DNA of 64,000 nt from Hypanus sabinus (lineage: Eukaryota). The notes under the pieces are model-generated. The model saw only the letters and a program-made list of their open reading frames with translations. It searched no databases and was not told the DNA's origin. The stretch is taken from contig NC_082722.1 in the NCBI RefSeq assembly GCF_030144855.1, positions 21,018,001-21,082,000 of the forward strand. The letters are read 5' to 3'. The position numbers were made by a program, and so were the translations under genes. Below are positions 48,721 through 61,829 of the stretch, one piece after another (position 1 is the stretch's first letter; the number at the start of each line of letters is the position of its first letter).

Positions 48721-51700
48721 TGTCAGCATGAAATGGTGGAGCAGACCCTATCGTCAAAACGGCCAGAATCTCCTCCTATACCATATGGTGTTATGGACTT
48801 ATGCCTGATTGGCTTGATCTGCATCCCCGTTTTCTCGCCTAGCCTGTGACCCCTTGTACCCACTTGCTGCTTTGCTGCTTGCTACTTTGTATCTCAAATC
48901 TCTTCGACCTTTCCACGCATAAATACTGCTTCTATTTCTATATTCAGGTAAAAGTGCCGAATGCCATATCCTATTATTAATTGACAGGATCATTGTACTC
49001 CTGTCTTCCTGATTCATTTTGCATCCACCGATGAACAAAACACAAGAACAGCCGATTGCCATTTCCTTGAATTACAAAGTCACAAAAGCAGACCAATTCA
49101 GGAAGCAACTGTGAAGTGCTATTGATCTTTTCTATACTGCGTTTCACAGCGTATTCATTGTCAGCTCACTTAACCGTCGTTTTAACCCTGTAGCATTATT
49201 TGCTAGCACTGTAGAATACCCTGCATACAAAATGACTTGAGCATTCTAAAAATGATAGAAAAGCACGTGAGTGCACGACATTGCCAAATCCTCTTCTGGC
49301 AATTGTTTCTTAATGCACTCTATGGAAAAGCAATTTTAGAAGCAGTGGCTACAATAAGTGTATATATCAATATGTATGCCTGTTGGAGCGCTCATTCTCG
49401 AATATATATAACGCATTTTAATAAATAACGTTGAAATTTACGCTTACAGTGTTCTCACCGGTAATCCAATCAATGTCTTAGGTGTTACTTAACTTAATAG
49501 ACTCAAAAGGAGAAAAATGTTCGTCTTAAAGAATGATGTGTAATAAATACTATGAATGTGTGTCCAAACAACTAAGTTAACTTGATGACAATATAAGAAG
49601 GAAACAACAAATAAGTGATCTTGGTATTTCGTAAACATTCACTGAATTCTGGTCCAACCCACACAGAGACAGCTAAATACGGGTATTGAATTCACTTGTT
49701 ATAGCTTCATGGCAACGCAGAGTGTAAGTTAAATTTAATAACAGCGAATAAAGGTGATACCTCGTAAGGCAAGATTTGACTGTTCCGATCTGCTGGACTG
49801 AGAAGGTAGCATTTGATTGTCTTGTATGGTGGGGACCTCCGGCGTGGTAACTCAACAGGGACTGTACTATATTTACAAATTGGAATGCGGATGAGAAGAC
49901 AGTGAGTCCCCAGTGGCCATCGTTATACTTTGCACTTTGCGGATGGATCATACAGATGGCTGAGTGAAACAACATTGTTTATTCACAGAGTACTCTTTCT
50001 ACATAATGATGAGAGGTTTAAATTTTTCCGAACCAAATTCTCTGAACGGATTTATATTGTCGATTCGATATGAGCAGGTTTTCTCCAGAGAGGTATAATA
50101 CTCGTCCGTAATGAACACAACGTGAAGTTTGTGTACAGTAAGTTTCAACTTTACCATTATTCAAAGCTGTATGTAAGTTTCGAATTAACTATAATACCAA
50201 AAATGTTGACAGTAGGAGGTTGCCTAACACAGCAAAAATGAAGAAGGTTATGGACACAGCTGAATTCACCAGGAAAGCAACCTCCCATCTATGTACTATG
50301 TATACACTTGAAATCGCTGTCCCCTCTAATCTTCGCGGGTGCGCCCCCGCGTGGTCAATGAAGCACTCGCACACATGTTGCTAATATACTTCTGAAATCT
50401 ATATAAATATAATTATGAAATACCCTGTAATCAGTTGTGTTGCTGTATATAATCCAAATGTTTTCCAAATAATAAACGTACCAAAAGCATTACTGTGCAA
50501 CATTTTAGAGCTTCAACGTATTTACATTGTCAGTGTTCCAAGTTGCAACGCTGATAGAAATTGTAACAGTTATCTCAGAATGGAAGTCGGAAGATCGTTG
50601 TTAATAAACAGCCAGTCTGTACATAATCTTTTTACAAGCCATGGCAAAATTTCCTGCTTGCAGCAATTGTCGGTCCGTGCTGCTGTAAATAAGTAAGCAG
50701 AGGGAACGTTGCTTCCCTCCTTCCCCCCTAAGAAAATGAACCAGGCTAATTAATCAAGGGCACATCCTCTTCAAAGACTGATGCAGAGACCAACCCAAAA
50801 CGGTTATTGTTTATATCTCTCCTTATATCAGGGTTTATAAACCTTATTATGCCATGGACCACCACCATTAACAAACGTTGGGAGGCCCTGTCAGAGATGA
50901 CGCTTGAACTGTTGAGTTCCTCCAGCATTTTGTGTTTGTTGCTCTGGATTTCAGAAACACTTAAGATTTGTTCTGCCATGAGTACTGACAGGATATACTG
51001 GAGGGATATTAGAAGCGTTGAAGCACAGTGGGATTTTAGTGTGCACTTAAAGACGAAACATCAAGATCCAGGTAACAAGGCGTTTAGCCTCCTTCCCTCC
51101 TGGCAGTATGTTGACAAGAGCTGGAATATCATGTTGTACCAGTAGATAGTGGCTAGGCCAGTCATTGAGTGTCGTGTGCTCTTCTGGTCACCGCAGATAG
51201 TACGGAGTAGAATTAGAACGATTGCAAAAGATATTTTCTGGAACATTGCCTGGAATGGATTGTTTTAGTGGCACGGACAGATTGGATAGACATGGACTGT
51301 TTTCTCTGGAGTACAGGTGACTGAGGGATAACCTTAAGAATTAGAAAATAACAATTGTTACGGACATTAATATTCAAGATGCTCATAGCCATATTCTCAA
51401 TACAGGGGATCCAAATCTAGCAGACATAGTCGTGAATTGAGCCAAAAAAAATAAAGGGGTACTGAGCACGGCATGCTATTCTCATGAACAGAGGACGGTA
51501 GGTATATAGAACAAGCTGTTAGAGGAAGTGCTACCGTGCAGGAGGTAGGTAAGAACAGCGACGTAAATATGTTCCTTCTGAATACATGAAACGGGTGCAA
51601 CAGCCCTCTGTCGAGATGCTCTCATTGTTTTCTTTCAGCTGAAGGTCTACAACAAACTCCTCGCGCAAGTTAACAGGAAATTACAAATAGCAGGGAATTG

Positions 51701-52180
51701 AAAGGTACTAACAGGCCAGTTGATGATATCATGGAAAGCGTTTGTGGTGGAAATTTACATGTGTGTCAGAAATCGATTTGTGGACTATTGGCTTTTTTTT
51801 AAAGCTCGACGTTTAGGTTACAGACAATGGATTTTTTATGTAAAGTGACTTCAAAGCCTCTTCCTCGCAATTGAGTGTTTCTAATGCTTTTCTGCGATAT
51901 CCGTGTTTCGATTCTACGGCGTGTACCTTCTGGAAAGAGAATAATGAGAAACTTCATCACAATGTTAAATAAAACAGAGTTTTAAGTTTTAATCGTTAAC
52001 CGCATGAATTGTTGATAACCTTCCAAGCGTGAACAGTTACATCATATATACGATGTTGATTGTCATTCTTTGTCTGGATATAAGGAATGAAACGAAGCAA
52101 TGCCTCGGGTCTACTCTCATTGGTGGTCTGCAGCTCTGAACTGCAAATGGATTCTCAGCTTCCCAGCTTCCTTGATGTGT

Positions 52181-52294
52181 TTACTGTATATCTGCGTTCA
52201 ATGTATGTTCGCTTTGAAGTTTAGATGCTGATGTGTTAATGGAATAGTAACGCTACAGAGCTGTGCAAGTCAGCTTGTCAGCTCCATTTTTAGA
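52181..52294 (-). pseudogene. Gene B last exon homologue (acceptor lost, tyrosines mutated)
   Basis: SKNGADKLTCTAL*RYYSINTSASKLQSEHTLNADIQ* aligns gap-free with gene A from NGADK onward; acceptor cacAG is cacAT here; flanks 52050-52700 match 31990-32620 in reverse complement. Confidence 0.75.
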
Positions 52295-53839
52295 ATGTGA
52301 AAGTAATATCAAAATCGAGCATCCAGTGTCTAATTCAGTCAAACGATTGTTAAATAAACTAGTGAGGTACTCATCAGTCATCAATTGTAGATTGCTACCA
52401 ATTTACACAAAGTTAATGTCAGCCTTCTTCAAGATTCCCCTTTTTGATTCATATAGAATTTGAACGGCAACAGATTGTCTTGTCCCACAGAAGAATGAAC
52501 ATTTCTTTCCTTACTTAAAATGATTTTTCACAAAATCTATTTCAGAGACTAGATAATCCATTGAAGTAGTAGTCATGTTACTAAATGTTTCGCTAACTCA
52601 CAATACAAGCGCATTTTTCTGTTATTTCTGTCTGATTTCCACAACCTGATTCATCTACTATGCTCACAGGTAGTTGTTTCACGACAATTAAAGTTTAACT
52701 TGAACTTCTAGCTGGAGGAGATTACGAAATTGTGATGATATTTCGTCACAATTCTCTTTTAACTGACATCGCTGACTTTGATTTGAAAGTGAAAATATGT
52801 ATATTGATAGTGTGAGAAAGAAATTTCGCCCGTCTGTCACAATGTCCATTATTCTTATTCTTATCTTTCGTTATTATTACATCCGTCGCTCTTTAGTCTC
52901 CCTGCAGTAGATAAACAGAAACAATCCGGTGGGCATGCATTCGTATTTTAGCTTCACTCTTCTTGTGAAAGCTTCACATCTACTGAATCATTTTGCCGTG
53001 CTTAACGGCAGATATTTTATTGTTGGGCGGCTGCAGAGCATCATATGACAACTTTTCATCTTAGGATCTCCATACCTTCAGCACTAGCTTGTGATGATGA
53101 TCATCATCAACCATTGTTCTTCGAGACAAACAGATGACCACCGCGAACGACCAAAATTAGTTCCATGCGACTTTATATTTTAAGAAATAAATTGTAATTA
53201 TTTCTTCAAAAACCAATGCTGATTTTGCATCTCCCCCGCCCCCAAACCCTTGACTTTACCTTCGCATAGACAACATGTTCGTCCTGGTGTTTGACCTCGT
53301 GAATTACTCTCACGTTTAGTGTAGCATAGGTAACGCTAGGTTCAACTGGCGCTAGTGCAGACTGTTACAAAGAGGTAGTTAACACTTTGACTGGGGAGGC
53401 TAATGCAATTCCAATTCCATAAAGAGAAAATGAGTAAAAATGCGGCATAATAACTTTCTATCACCAGTAAGTGATATTGCGTTATATGTTATTTTCGAGA
53501 AATCACGAAGTGTGTTTCCGTAGTGCGGAAAGTTCCTATGATCTTTTAAGATTTAAATTGATTTTCAAGCACCACTGAAAAGCTATTCTATGAGTAGAAT
53601 GAATTTCTCATCTCGTCATCTTTTTCCTTCCGCAGTTATTTCCTTTTTCCTCCATTCCCAAACAGTTTACGCAGGGACTCCTCGGGCACTACTGACCATG
53701 GAAGCAGCGTTGGGCTGGTCAGTTTGTCATCGGTTCTCATGTACTCACGGACATATCTATGCTTAGTTCATAATTGATCATAATAATCCTCTACCAATGA
53801 GGTGGTGAAGAGCAATCGGATAGGACGTGAGAGAATAGC

Positions 53840-55385
53840 ACCGTCAAGTGTGACTGTGCTGAAGTGCGTATGGAACCAGAGGAGATAGCAGAGGTATTTA
53901 GTGAATACTTTGCTTCAGTATTCACTACGGGAAGTATCTTGGCGATTGTAGGAATTACGTATATCGGAATGAAAAGATTGAACATGTAGGTATTAGGAAA
54001 GTGGATGTGCAAGAGCATTTGAAAAACATCAAGTTGGATTATTCACCCGGACGTACGAGCTGTACCGTAGGCGACTGTGGGAGGGGAGGGGAGCATAATG
54101 TATTTAGGAATAGTCAGCATGGCTATGTCAAAATCAGGCAGAGTATTACGAGACAGACTGTTTTTTTTTTTCCCTGAGGATATGTCTAAGCACATTGATG
54201 AAGGTAGAGCAGTAGGTGTGGTGATTACGGATTTCAGCAAGGAATTTGACAAGGTACCCATACAAGGATAATTCAGAAAGTAAGGAAGCATGGGATCCAA
54301 GGGGACATTGCTTTGTGGAATCAGAACAGGCTTGCTCACAGCAGGCAAAGAGTGTTTGTGGACGGTTCATATTCTTCATAGAAATCGGTGACCACCGGTG
54401 TGCCTCAGGGACACCAGTTTTGGCACCCCCTATTCTTCCTGGTTTTCTAAGTGACGTGTGTGAAGAAGTGGAGGGACAGGTTAGTGAATTTGCTGATGAC
54501 ACAAAGGTTGGAGGAGTTGTGGATAGTGCGCAGGGATGTTAGAGGGCACAGAGGGACATTGATAGGGTGCAAAACTCGGCAGGGGAGTTGCAGATGGCGT
54601 TCAACCCAGATAAGTGTGAAGTGGTTGCAATTTGGTAGGGCAAATGTGATGACAGAAAAGAGTATTAATGGTAAGACTCTCGGCAGTGTGGAGAATCAAA
54701 GGGATCTTGGGGTCCGAGTCCATAGAGCACCCAACGCTGCTGCGCACGTTGACTCTGTGGTTAAGAAAGCAGACAGTGCATTGGCCTTCATCAATCGTGT
54801 AATTAGGTATAGGAGCCGAGAGGTAATGTTGAAGCTCTATAGGACCCTGGTCAGACCGCAATGGGAGTACTGTGCTCAGCTATGGTCACCTCACTGCAGG
54901 AAGAATGTGGGAGCCATAGAAAGGGTGCAGAGGAGATTTACAAGGATGTTGCCTGGATTGGGGAGCATGCCTTATGAGAATAGTTTGAGTGAACTTGGCC
55001 TTTTTTCTTTGGGGCGACGAAGGACGAGAGATGACCCGATAGACGTGTGTAAAATGATGAGAGGCGTTAATCTTGTGAATAGCCAGAGGTTTTAGTTTTC
55101 CAGCACTGAAATGGCTAGCAGGAGCGGGCACAGTTTTAAGGTGCTGGAACTAGGTACAAAGGAAATGTTAGGGATAGGTTTTTGTTATGCAGAGAGCGGT
55201 GAGTGCGTGAAATGGGCTGTCTGCGACGGTGGTGGAGGCAGATGCGATAGGTTTCTGAAAGAGGCTCCTGGACATATACATGGAGCTCAGAAAAGTAAAG
55301 GGTTATGTAAGAAATACGTTCGGCACAGCTTTCTGGGGCAAATGGCTTGTAGTGCGCTGCAGGCTTTCTATGCTTCTATGTTTGT
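53840..55385 (+). mobile_element. CR1 ORF2 (RT and C-terminus) and 3' UTR
   Basis: DFSKEFDKVP, EFADDTKVGG, RDLGVRVHR..LVRPQWEYCAQLWSPH. Confidence 0.9.
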
Positions 55386-55489
55386 AATATACCCCTTTCA
55401 GAAGCAAAAACAAAAGTTGTCTCATCTCCGTTTCTCCTTTCTGATTTGCTTCCTCAGAAATAGTTCTAATACACAAAAGATTTAAAAAA

Positions 55490-55892
55490 TAGAACGACTT
55501 TATTGCAAAGACGAGGCTAAGGACGATCCCAAGTGTAGGACACATGCGCGGAGGCAGAGCCGTGGGGCATTAGCACCGGCGGAAACGGGGAACCGGTATC
55601 CAGGAGAGTCTTTGCACAGAGACAAGGTTTACGTAGAGTGTCCAGGAAATGATGCAGAGCTCAGAAGTGACAGTCATCAGGAATCAAGAAACGAGGTTTA
55701 CTCACACTAGAGTCGACAAACCAACTGACAAGGCATGGCTGTGACGCCAGAGTTTTACACTATGTTGGCTGACGGGAACCAGGTGTGCTTGTAATTAGTG
55801 GAAATGAGAATAATTGGAACTCAGACGAGGGGATAAAGGCGCAATTAAGGAGGTCATATCGTGATAGGGAATGGCCAGACGGGACCATGACA
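55490..55892 (-). repeat. Possible solo-LTR remnant
   Basis: Minus strand starts TGTCATGG at 55892 and has AATAAA near 55498-55503; the other end and a TSD were not found. Confidence 0.3.
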
Positions 55893-56330
55893 ACCTTAAA
55901 TAATATTGGTAATGTCAGAAAAATTGAAGATGCACATTTGATTGTAATAATATTTCTAGCCGAAACTTGAAATTCCTGACAGCTATTCAAAATAGTAGCG
56001 GCGCACATTGGGGCCAGGTATTATGTTGAGCATGACCTTTCATGAATGTGGTGGGTCTATATTTTCATTGAAGGATTAGAGTGGTGGTAGCATAACATCA
56101 GTCATGTTATCTCTCAAAGGAACAAAAATATAACAGTAAGAGTATTATTACCTGTACAAAATCGCCGCAGGAAATCACAGATTTAAAATCCTAGGTGTCT
56201 GAAAATCATAGGTAGAACGGAGGGTTGGTTAACTTGAACGGGAATGTAAAATTATCCTGTTATTTATAATCAGTGTTGTCGAATGTGAATCCGATAATGC
56301 CTTGGAAATCCTGATCCTCTCATTATCATT

Positions 56331-56488
56331 TCACGTTTCAACCTGCAGAGGTAATAAGCGGAAATGATTGTCAAATCGTCCACGTTTTCCCTTAACTCCG
56401 ATTATTATCAAAATTATAATCAGAATTACAATTGCCATTCCGCCCAATGCACATCCAAAAATCAGGAGTCCATTGCTGTTTTCTAGAT
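56331..56488 (-). CDS. Gene B transmembrane exon reading through to a stop
   Basis: Acceptor cgtcttttttttttcaaccAG, phase 1: DLENSNGLLIFGCALGGMAIVILIIILIIIGVKGKRGRFDNHFRLLPLQVET*. Upstream intron shares ATGCTTCACAGTTTC with the gene A TM intron. Confidence 0.7.
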
Positions 56489-56748
56489 CTGGTTGAAAAA
56501 AAAAAGACGAAACTGTGAAGCATATAAATATATAGAGGGCGCGACTGAAGGGAAATGAGTGGCTTTTGACAAACGTACGGCAATGTTCAATTGGCTGGAG
56601 AGAGCAATCGAACTGAATTGCATTAGATGTAATATCACATCCATTTTTTCTGCTTTCTGTTGCACTAATAAACATAGGTTTAAACGTGATGGCTGTTATA
56701 AAGAGATATTTCTGCAGATTCACTCGTGTTGCCTTTATATTACCTCAC

Positions 56749-56838
56749 CTTCTTTTGAAACCATTGACGGAAACGGATCAATTCCGTCATCAAAATCATT
56801 GATAATAACGGGGACAGAACTAGTTCTAACACCAATCC
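56749..56838 (-). CDS. Candidate gene B stalk exon partly derived from CR1 RT
   Basis: ccacAG acceptor, AAG|GTGAGG donor, 90 bp, phase 1-1, open: GIGVRTSSVPVIINDFDDGIDPFPSMVSKE. Confidence 0.4.
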
Positions 56839-57094
56839 CTGTGGAACACTACTAGACAACCAGAAAATCATAATCCCGATCTTATGTAGAACTTCACGCA
56901 AGACTCAATCTTTCTTAACTTTTACTCCTTGAAAAGGTAAAGATAAAATATATTTAATCGTCTGTCTACCTCGACATCTATTTCAATAGATGCCGAGGTG
57001 TTTTGGCATTTTAGTTTTTGTTTTTCATTTAATAATTTTTGAAATATATCGGAAAGTTTCTATGTAATTGGCTATATATAGTTTCAGGAATTTC

Positions 57095-57500
57095 ATAAGA
57101 ACATAAGAAATAGGAACAGCAGTAGGCCATCTGGCCCATCTAGACTCTTATATCATGGCCGATCTGACGAGAGACTCATCTCCATCTCCCTGCTTTTCCC
57201 CATAACGCTGAATTCCCCTGCTATGCAAAATATATCCAAGCAGGTCTCAAGTATATTTAGAGACGTACCCTCCACTAGTTCATTAGGCAGAGAATTCGCT
57301 ACTCTTTGAGCAAAGCAGTTCCTCCTCATCTCCGATATAAATTTACTTTGCAGAATCTTGAGGCAATGTCCCTATTTCTAGGCTCACCTACTGGTGGAAA
57401 CAATTTTCCTGCTTCTATCTTATCTATGCCTTCTATAACGTTATATTGTTCTAGCACCTCTCTTCTCATCTTTCCAAATTCCAGCGAGTAGAATCGCATG
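57095..57500 (-). mobile_element. CR1 3' end with (CATAAGAA)n tail
   Basis: ORF 57326-57589 includes YSLEFGKMRR..YNVIEGIDKIEAGKLFP. Confidence 0.8.
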
Positions 57501-57506
57501 TGATTC

Positions 57507-59985
57507 AATAGACAATAGACAATAGGTGTAGAAGTAGACCATTCGGCCATTCGAGCCTGCACCACCATTCTGAGATCATGGCTGATCAATTCCTATCAAT
57601 ACCCGATTCCTGCCTTGGCCCTATATCCTTTCATTCCCCTATCCATAAGATAGCTATCTAGCTCCTTCTTGAAAGCATCTAGAGAATTGGCCTCCACTAC
57701 CTTCCGAGGCAGTACATTCCAGACACCCACAACTCTCTGGGAAAAGTTTTTCCTTAACACTGTCCTAAATGACCAACCCCTTATTCTCAAATCATGCCCT
57801 CCGGTACTGAGCTCTCCCAGCATCTGGAACATATTTCCTGCCTCTATCTTGTCCAATCCCTTAATAATCTGATATGTTTCAATCAGATCCCCTCTCAATC
57901 TCCTTAATTCCAGCGTGTACAATCCCAGTCTCTCTAACCTCTCTGCGTAAGACAGTCCAGACATCCCAGGAATTAACATCGTGAATCTACGCTGTACTTC
58001 CTCTACAGCCAGGATGACCTTCCTTAACCCTGGAGACCAAAACTGTACACAATAGTCCAGGTGTGGTCTCACCAGGGCTCTGTACAAATGCAAGAGGATT
58101 TCCTTGCTCTTGTACTCAATTCCCTTTGTAATAAAGTCAACATTCCGTTAGCCTTCTTCACTGCCTGCTGCACTTGCTCATTCACCTTCAGTGACTGATG
58201 AACAAGGACTCCTAGATCCCTTTGTAATTCTCCCTTACCTAACCCTACACCGTTCAGATAATAATCTGCTTTCCTGTTCTTACTCCCAGACTGGATAACC
58301 TCACACTTATTCACATTAAACGCCATCTGCCAAGTATCTGCCCACTCACCCAGTCTATCCAAGTCACCCTGAATTCTCCTAACATCCTCATCACATGTCG
58401 CACTGCCACCCAGCTTAGTATTATCAGCAAATTTGCTGATGTTATTTGCTATGCCTTCATCCAAATCGATAACGTAAATGGTAAACAGCTGTGGTCCCTA
58501 TACCGAGCCCTGCGGCACCCCACTGGTCACCACCTGCCATTCCGAGAAACACCCATTAACCGCTACCCTTTACTTTCTATCTGCCAACCAGTTTTCTATC
58601 CATGTCAATGTCTTACACCCGATGACCCGAGCTTTGATTTTACCCAAAAACTCCTATGTGGGACCTTATCAAATGCCTTCTGAAAATCGAGGTACACTAC
58701 ACCCACTGGATCTACCCCGTCTAACTTCCTGGTTACATCCTCGAAAAACTACAACAGATTAGTCAAGCATGATTTACCCTTGGTAAATCCATGTTGGCTC
58801 GGCCCAATCCTATCACTGCTATCTAGATATGCCACTATTTCATCCTTAATAATGGAGTCTAGCATCTTCCCCACCACCAATAGTTCTCTGTTTTCTCCCT
58901 CCCTTCTTTCTTAAAAAGTGGGATAACATTAGCCATTCTCAAATCCTCAGGAACTGATCCTGAATCTAAGGAACATTGGAAAATGATTATCAATGCATCC
59001 GCAATTTCCAGGGCCACCTCCTTTAGTACCCTAGGGTGCAGACCACCTGGACCTGGGGATTTGTCAGCCTTCAGTCCCATCATTTTTCTCATCACCGTTT
59101 CCTTCCGAATGTCAATCTGTTTCAATTCCTCTGTTACCCTATGTCCTTGACCCATCCATACATCTGCGAGATTGCTTGTGTCTTCCTTAGTGAGAACAGA
59201 TCTAAAGTACTCATTAAATCCTTCTGCAATTTCTCTGTTTCCCATAACAATTTCACCCAATTCATTCTTTAAGGGCCGAACCTCGTTCTTAACTATCTTC
59301 TTTCTCTTCACATACGTAAAAAAGCTTTTGCTATCTTCCTTTATATTCCTGGCTAGCTTGCGTTCGCACCCATTTTTTCTCCCCGTATTGTCTTTTTAGT
59401 TAAGTTCTGTTGTTCCTTAAAAACTTCCCAATCATCTGTCCTCCCACTCACCTTAGCTCTGTCATGTTTCCTTCTTTTTTAATGCTATGCAGTCTCTGAC
59501 TTCCTTTGTCAACCACTGAGGCCCCTTTCTCCCCTTTGAATCCTTCCTTCTCTGGGGGATGAGCTGATTTTCAACCTTGTGCATTATTCCCAAGAATACC
59601 TGCCATTGCTGTTCCACTGTCTGTTCTGCTAGGCTATCCGTCCAGTCAACTTTGTCCATCTCCTCCCTCATGGCTCCATAATTTCCCCTGTTCATCTGCA
59701 ACACTGACACGTCCGAGCTGCCCTTAACCTTTTCAAATTGCAGATAAAAGCTTATCATATTGTGATCACTACGTCCTAATGGCTCGTTTACTACAAGATC
59801 GCTTATCAAATCCTGTTCATTACATAACACTAAATCCAGAATAGTGTTGTCCCTGGTCGGCTCTCATACAAGCTGTTCCAAGAATGCATCCCGTAGGCAC
59901 TCTACAAACTCTCTATCCTGTGGTGCAGCGCCAACCTGATTCTCCCAGTTCACCTGTATGTTGAAACCCCCATAACTACTGTGAT
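57507..59985 (-). mobile_element. CR1 ORF2 (EN C-terminus, RT, C-terminus) with 3' UTR and tandem tail
   Basis: ORFs 59462-59830, 58859-59311, 58069-58464 (SKFADNTKLGG) and 57596-58093; tail CAATAGACAATAGACAATAG at about 57507-57526. Confidence 0.93.
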
Positions 59986-59999
59986 ATTACTACTCTATC

Positions 60000-61500
60000 C
60001 AGTTTCAGCATAACTGCCTGCATTAAAATTCAGTCCCTCTAGCAATGAAGGCGAACATTCCATCTGTTTTCTTGATAGCTTGCTGCACCTCCAAGCGAAC
60101 CTTTTGCGATTCATGCACGAACACTACCAAGATCTTCTGCTCACCAGCATGCTGCAATATTTTACCACTTAAATAATAATCTGATCTTCCATTTTTCCTT
60201 CCAATGTGGATTAGCTCTAATTTACCAACATTGTACTGCATCTGTCAGACCGTTGCCCACTCACGTAGCCTATCTATATCACTCTGCAGACTCTCAATAA
60301 CCGTTCAAAATTTGCTTTTCCACTTAATTTAGTATCATCAGCAAACTTAGATACACTGCATTCAACCCCCACTTCCAGATCGCTGATGTTTATCGTGAAC
60401 AGTTGAGATGATTGCCAACCAGAGGAACATCCATGTTCCAAAACTGTCTAATTTCTAATGATTAACTCATTCTCTATCCATGCTAAATCATCACCCTTAC
60501 TCTATTCAACCTTATCATATGGATAAATCTTTTACGTGGAACCATAGCGAACGCCTTCTAGAAATCCTATCAAGTAACGTGCATCTGTTCTCCTCTATCC
60601 ACTGCACATGTTATATCCTTTTGAACTCCAGCTGTTTGTCACTTAGAACCTGCCTTTGCTGAATCCATGCTGCATCTGCCTGATGGACCACCTTTTTAGT
60701 GATATATTTTTTATCGAGTTCCTCACCTCTCATCGCATCGATATCATTTGTGTTCCGCGTGTTAGACGTGACCTCCACTCTGATGATCGAAACGAAATAG
60801 TCTTTCTAAGCCTCGGCCATTTCCTCCAAGCTCGCATTGGCCACCCTTTTCCGCTTTATATAATTATGAGAACATTTTCTATCCGTTGTTATATTTTGTA
60901 CTGGTGGTCCGTTTTCATAATCTACCTCCCCTTTGTTTATTGCTGACTTAGTGGTTCGCCAAGTGCTTGCTTTTTAATTTTTTTTTCCAATCTATCAGTT
61001 TTCAACTACTCTTGGCGGCTTTGTACGCACGAGCTTTTAGTTTGATGCCTTCCTTTATTTCCTAAGTTATCCATGGCTGGCTCTCTTCACACTTACTGTC
61101 CTTGCTTTTAACTGGAATATACTTTTAATCAGCAGCATGGAAATTCTCTTTCAAAGTTGTCTACTGTTCCACAACAGTCTCACCATATAGCCTATGTTTC
61201 CTGACTACCCTAATCCACTCCTCCTTCATCCCATTTGCGCCCTCCATTTGTAGAAGAAAATCAGTCATGCTCTGATCACTCTTTCCAAGAGGATCCCTAA
61301 ATGCAAGATGGCTAATTATATTTGTCGCAGCACAGGACCAGATCCAAGATAATATGTTCCCTTGCAGGTTCAGTTACAAGTTCCGGATGCATTCTGTGAA
61401 GTCCTCCTCAAGACTGTCTCGACCGACGTGATTCACCTAATCTATATGCAAGCTAAAGTACCCCACGAGAACAGTTGTGCTATTCTGACATGTCTCAGGT
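60000..61500 (-). mobile_element. Older CR1 fragments
   Basis: MQYNVGKLELIHIGRKN..(60023-60241); further decayed RT/EN text towards 61500. Confidence 0.7.
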
Positions 61501-61829
61501 ATTTCTCCTTTTATTACCTTTTGAGCGTTTCGTGAGGTACTAGAAAGGTGTAAACCACTTTACCTTGAGCAGGCTGCGCATCTTCCAAGGTACTGGAAAC
61601 CTACTAAAATCCTTCAGAAGTCTCACTTATTGCTGTTTCTATTATTGTTGTGTCCATATTATTTCTTTGTCCAAAGATGTCTAATTTCTTCAGTTAACAT
61701 GTTGCAGTTATACACATCTGTTTCAGGAATGTAGGTGAAGTTTCTTCAACATGACTGATGTTCAGTTTTCAGCGGAGTTGGGGGAGCTACAACTGAAGAA
61801 AAGGCGACGTCAAATACTAGCCATTAGAA

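Noticed and set aside
49800-49900. VVTQQGLYYIYK resembling the TNF-family GLYYIYSQ motif
   Set aside because: Flanked by stops with no other TNF-homology strands; likely chance. A tBLASTn would settle it.
50189-50374. Hydrophobic 61-aa minus ORF as a TM exon
   Set aside because: The opposite strand looks like decayed LINE 3' sequence, and no splice sites fit.
51637-51706. Plus-strand exon-like piece with KVYNKL
   Set aside because: Lies downstream of gene B on the opposite strand with no partner exons; stops in all frames.
52860-53080. Gene B counterpart of the TAYDSL exon
   Set aside because: Only patchy similarity (ATGATTCAGTAGATGTGAAG) and stops in all frames after the candidate acceptors.
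53088-53110. Palindrome TGATGATGATCATCATCA
   Set aside because: Simple (TGA)n/(TCA)n junction with no associated structure.
56149-56195. 47-nt minus segment with AG/GT borders below the gene B TM exon
   Set aside because: Stop codons in all three phases.
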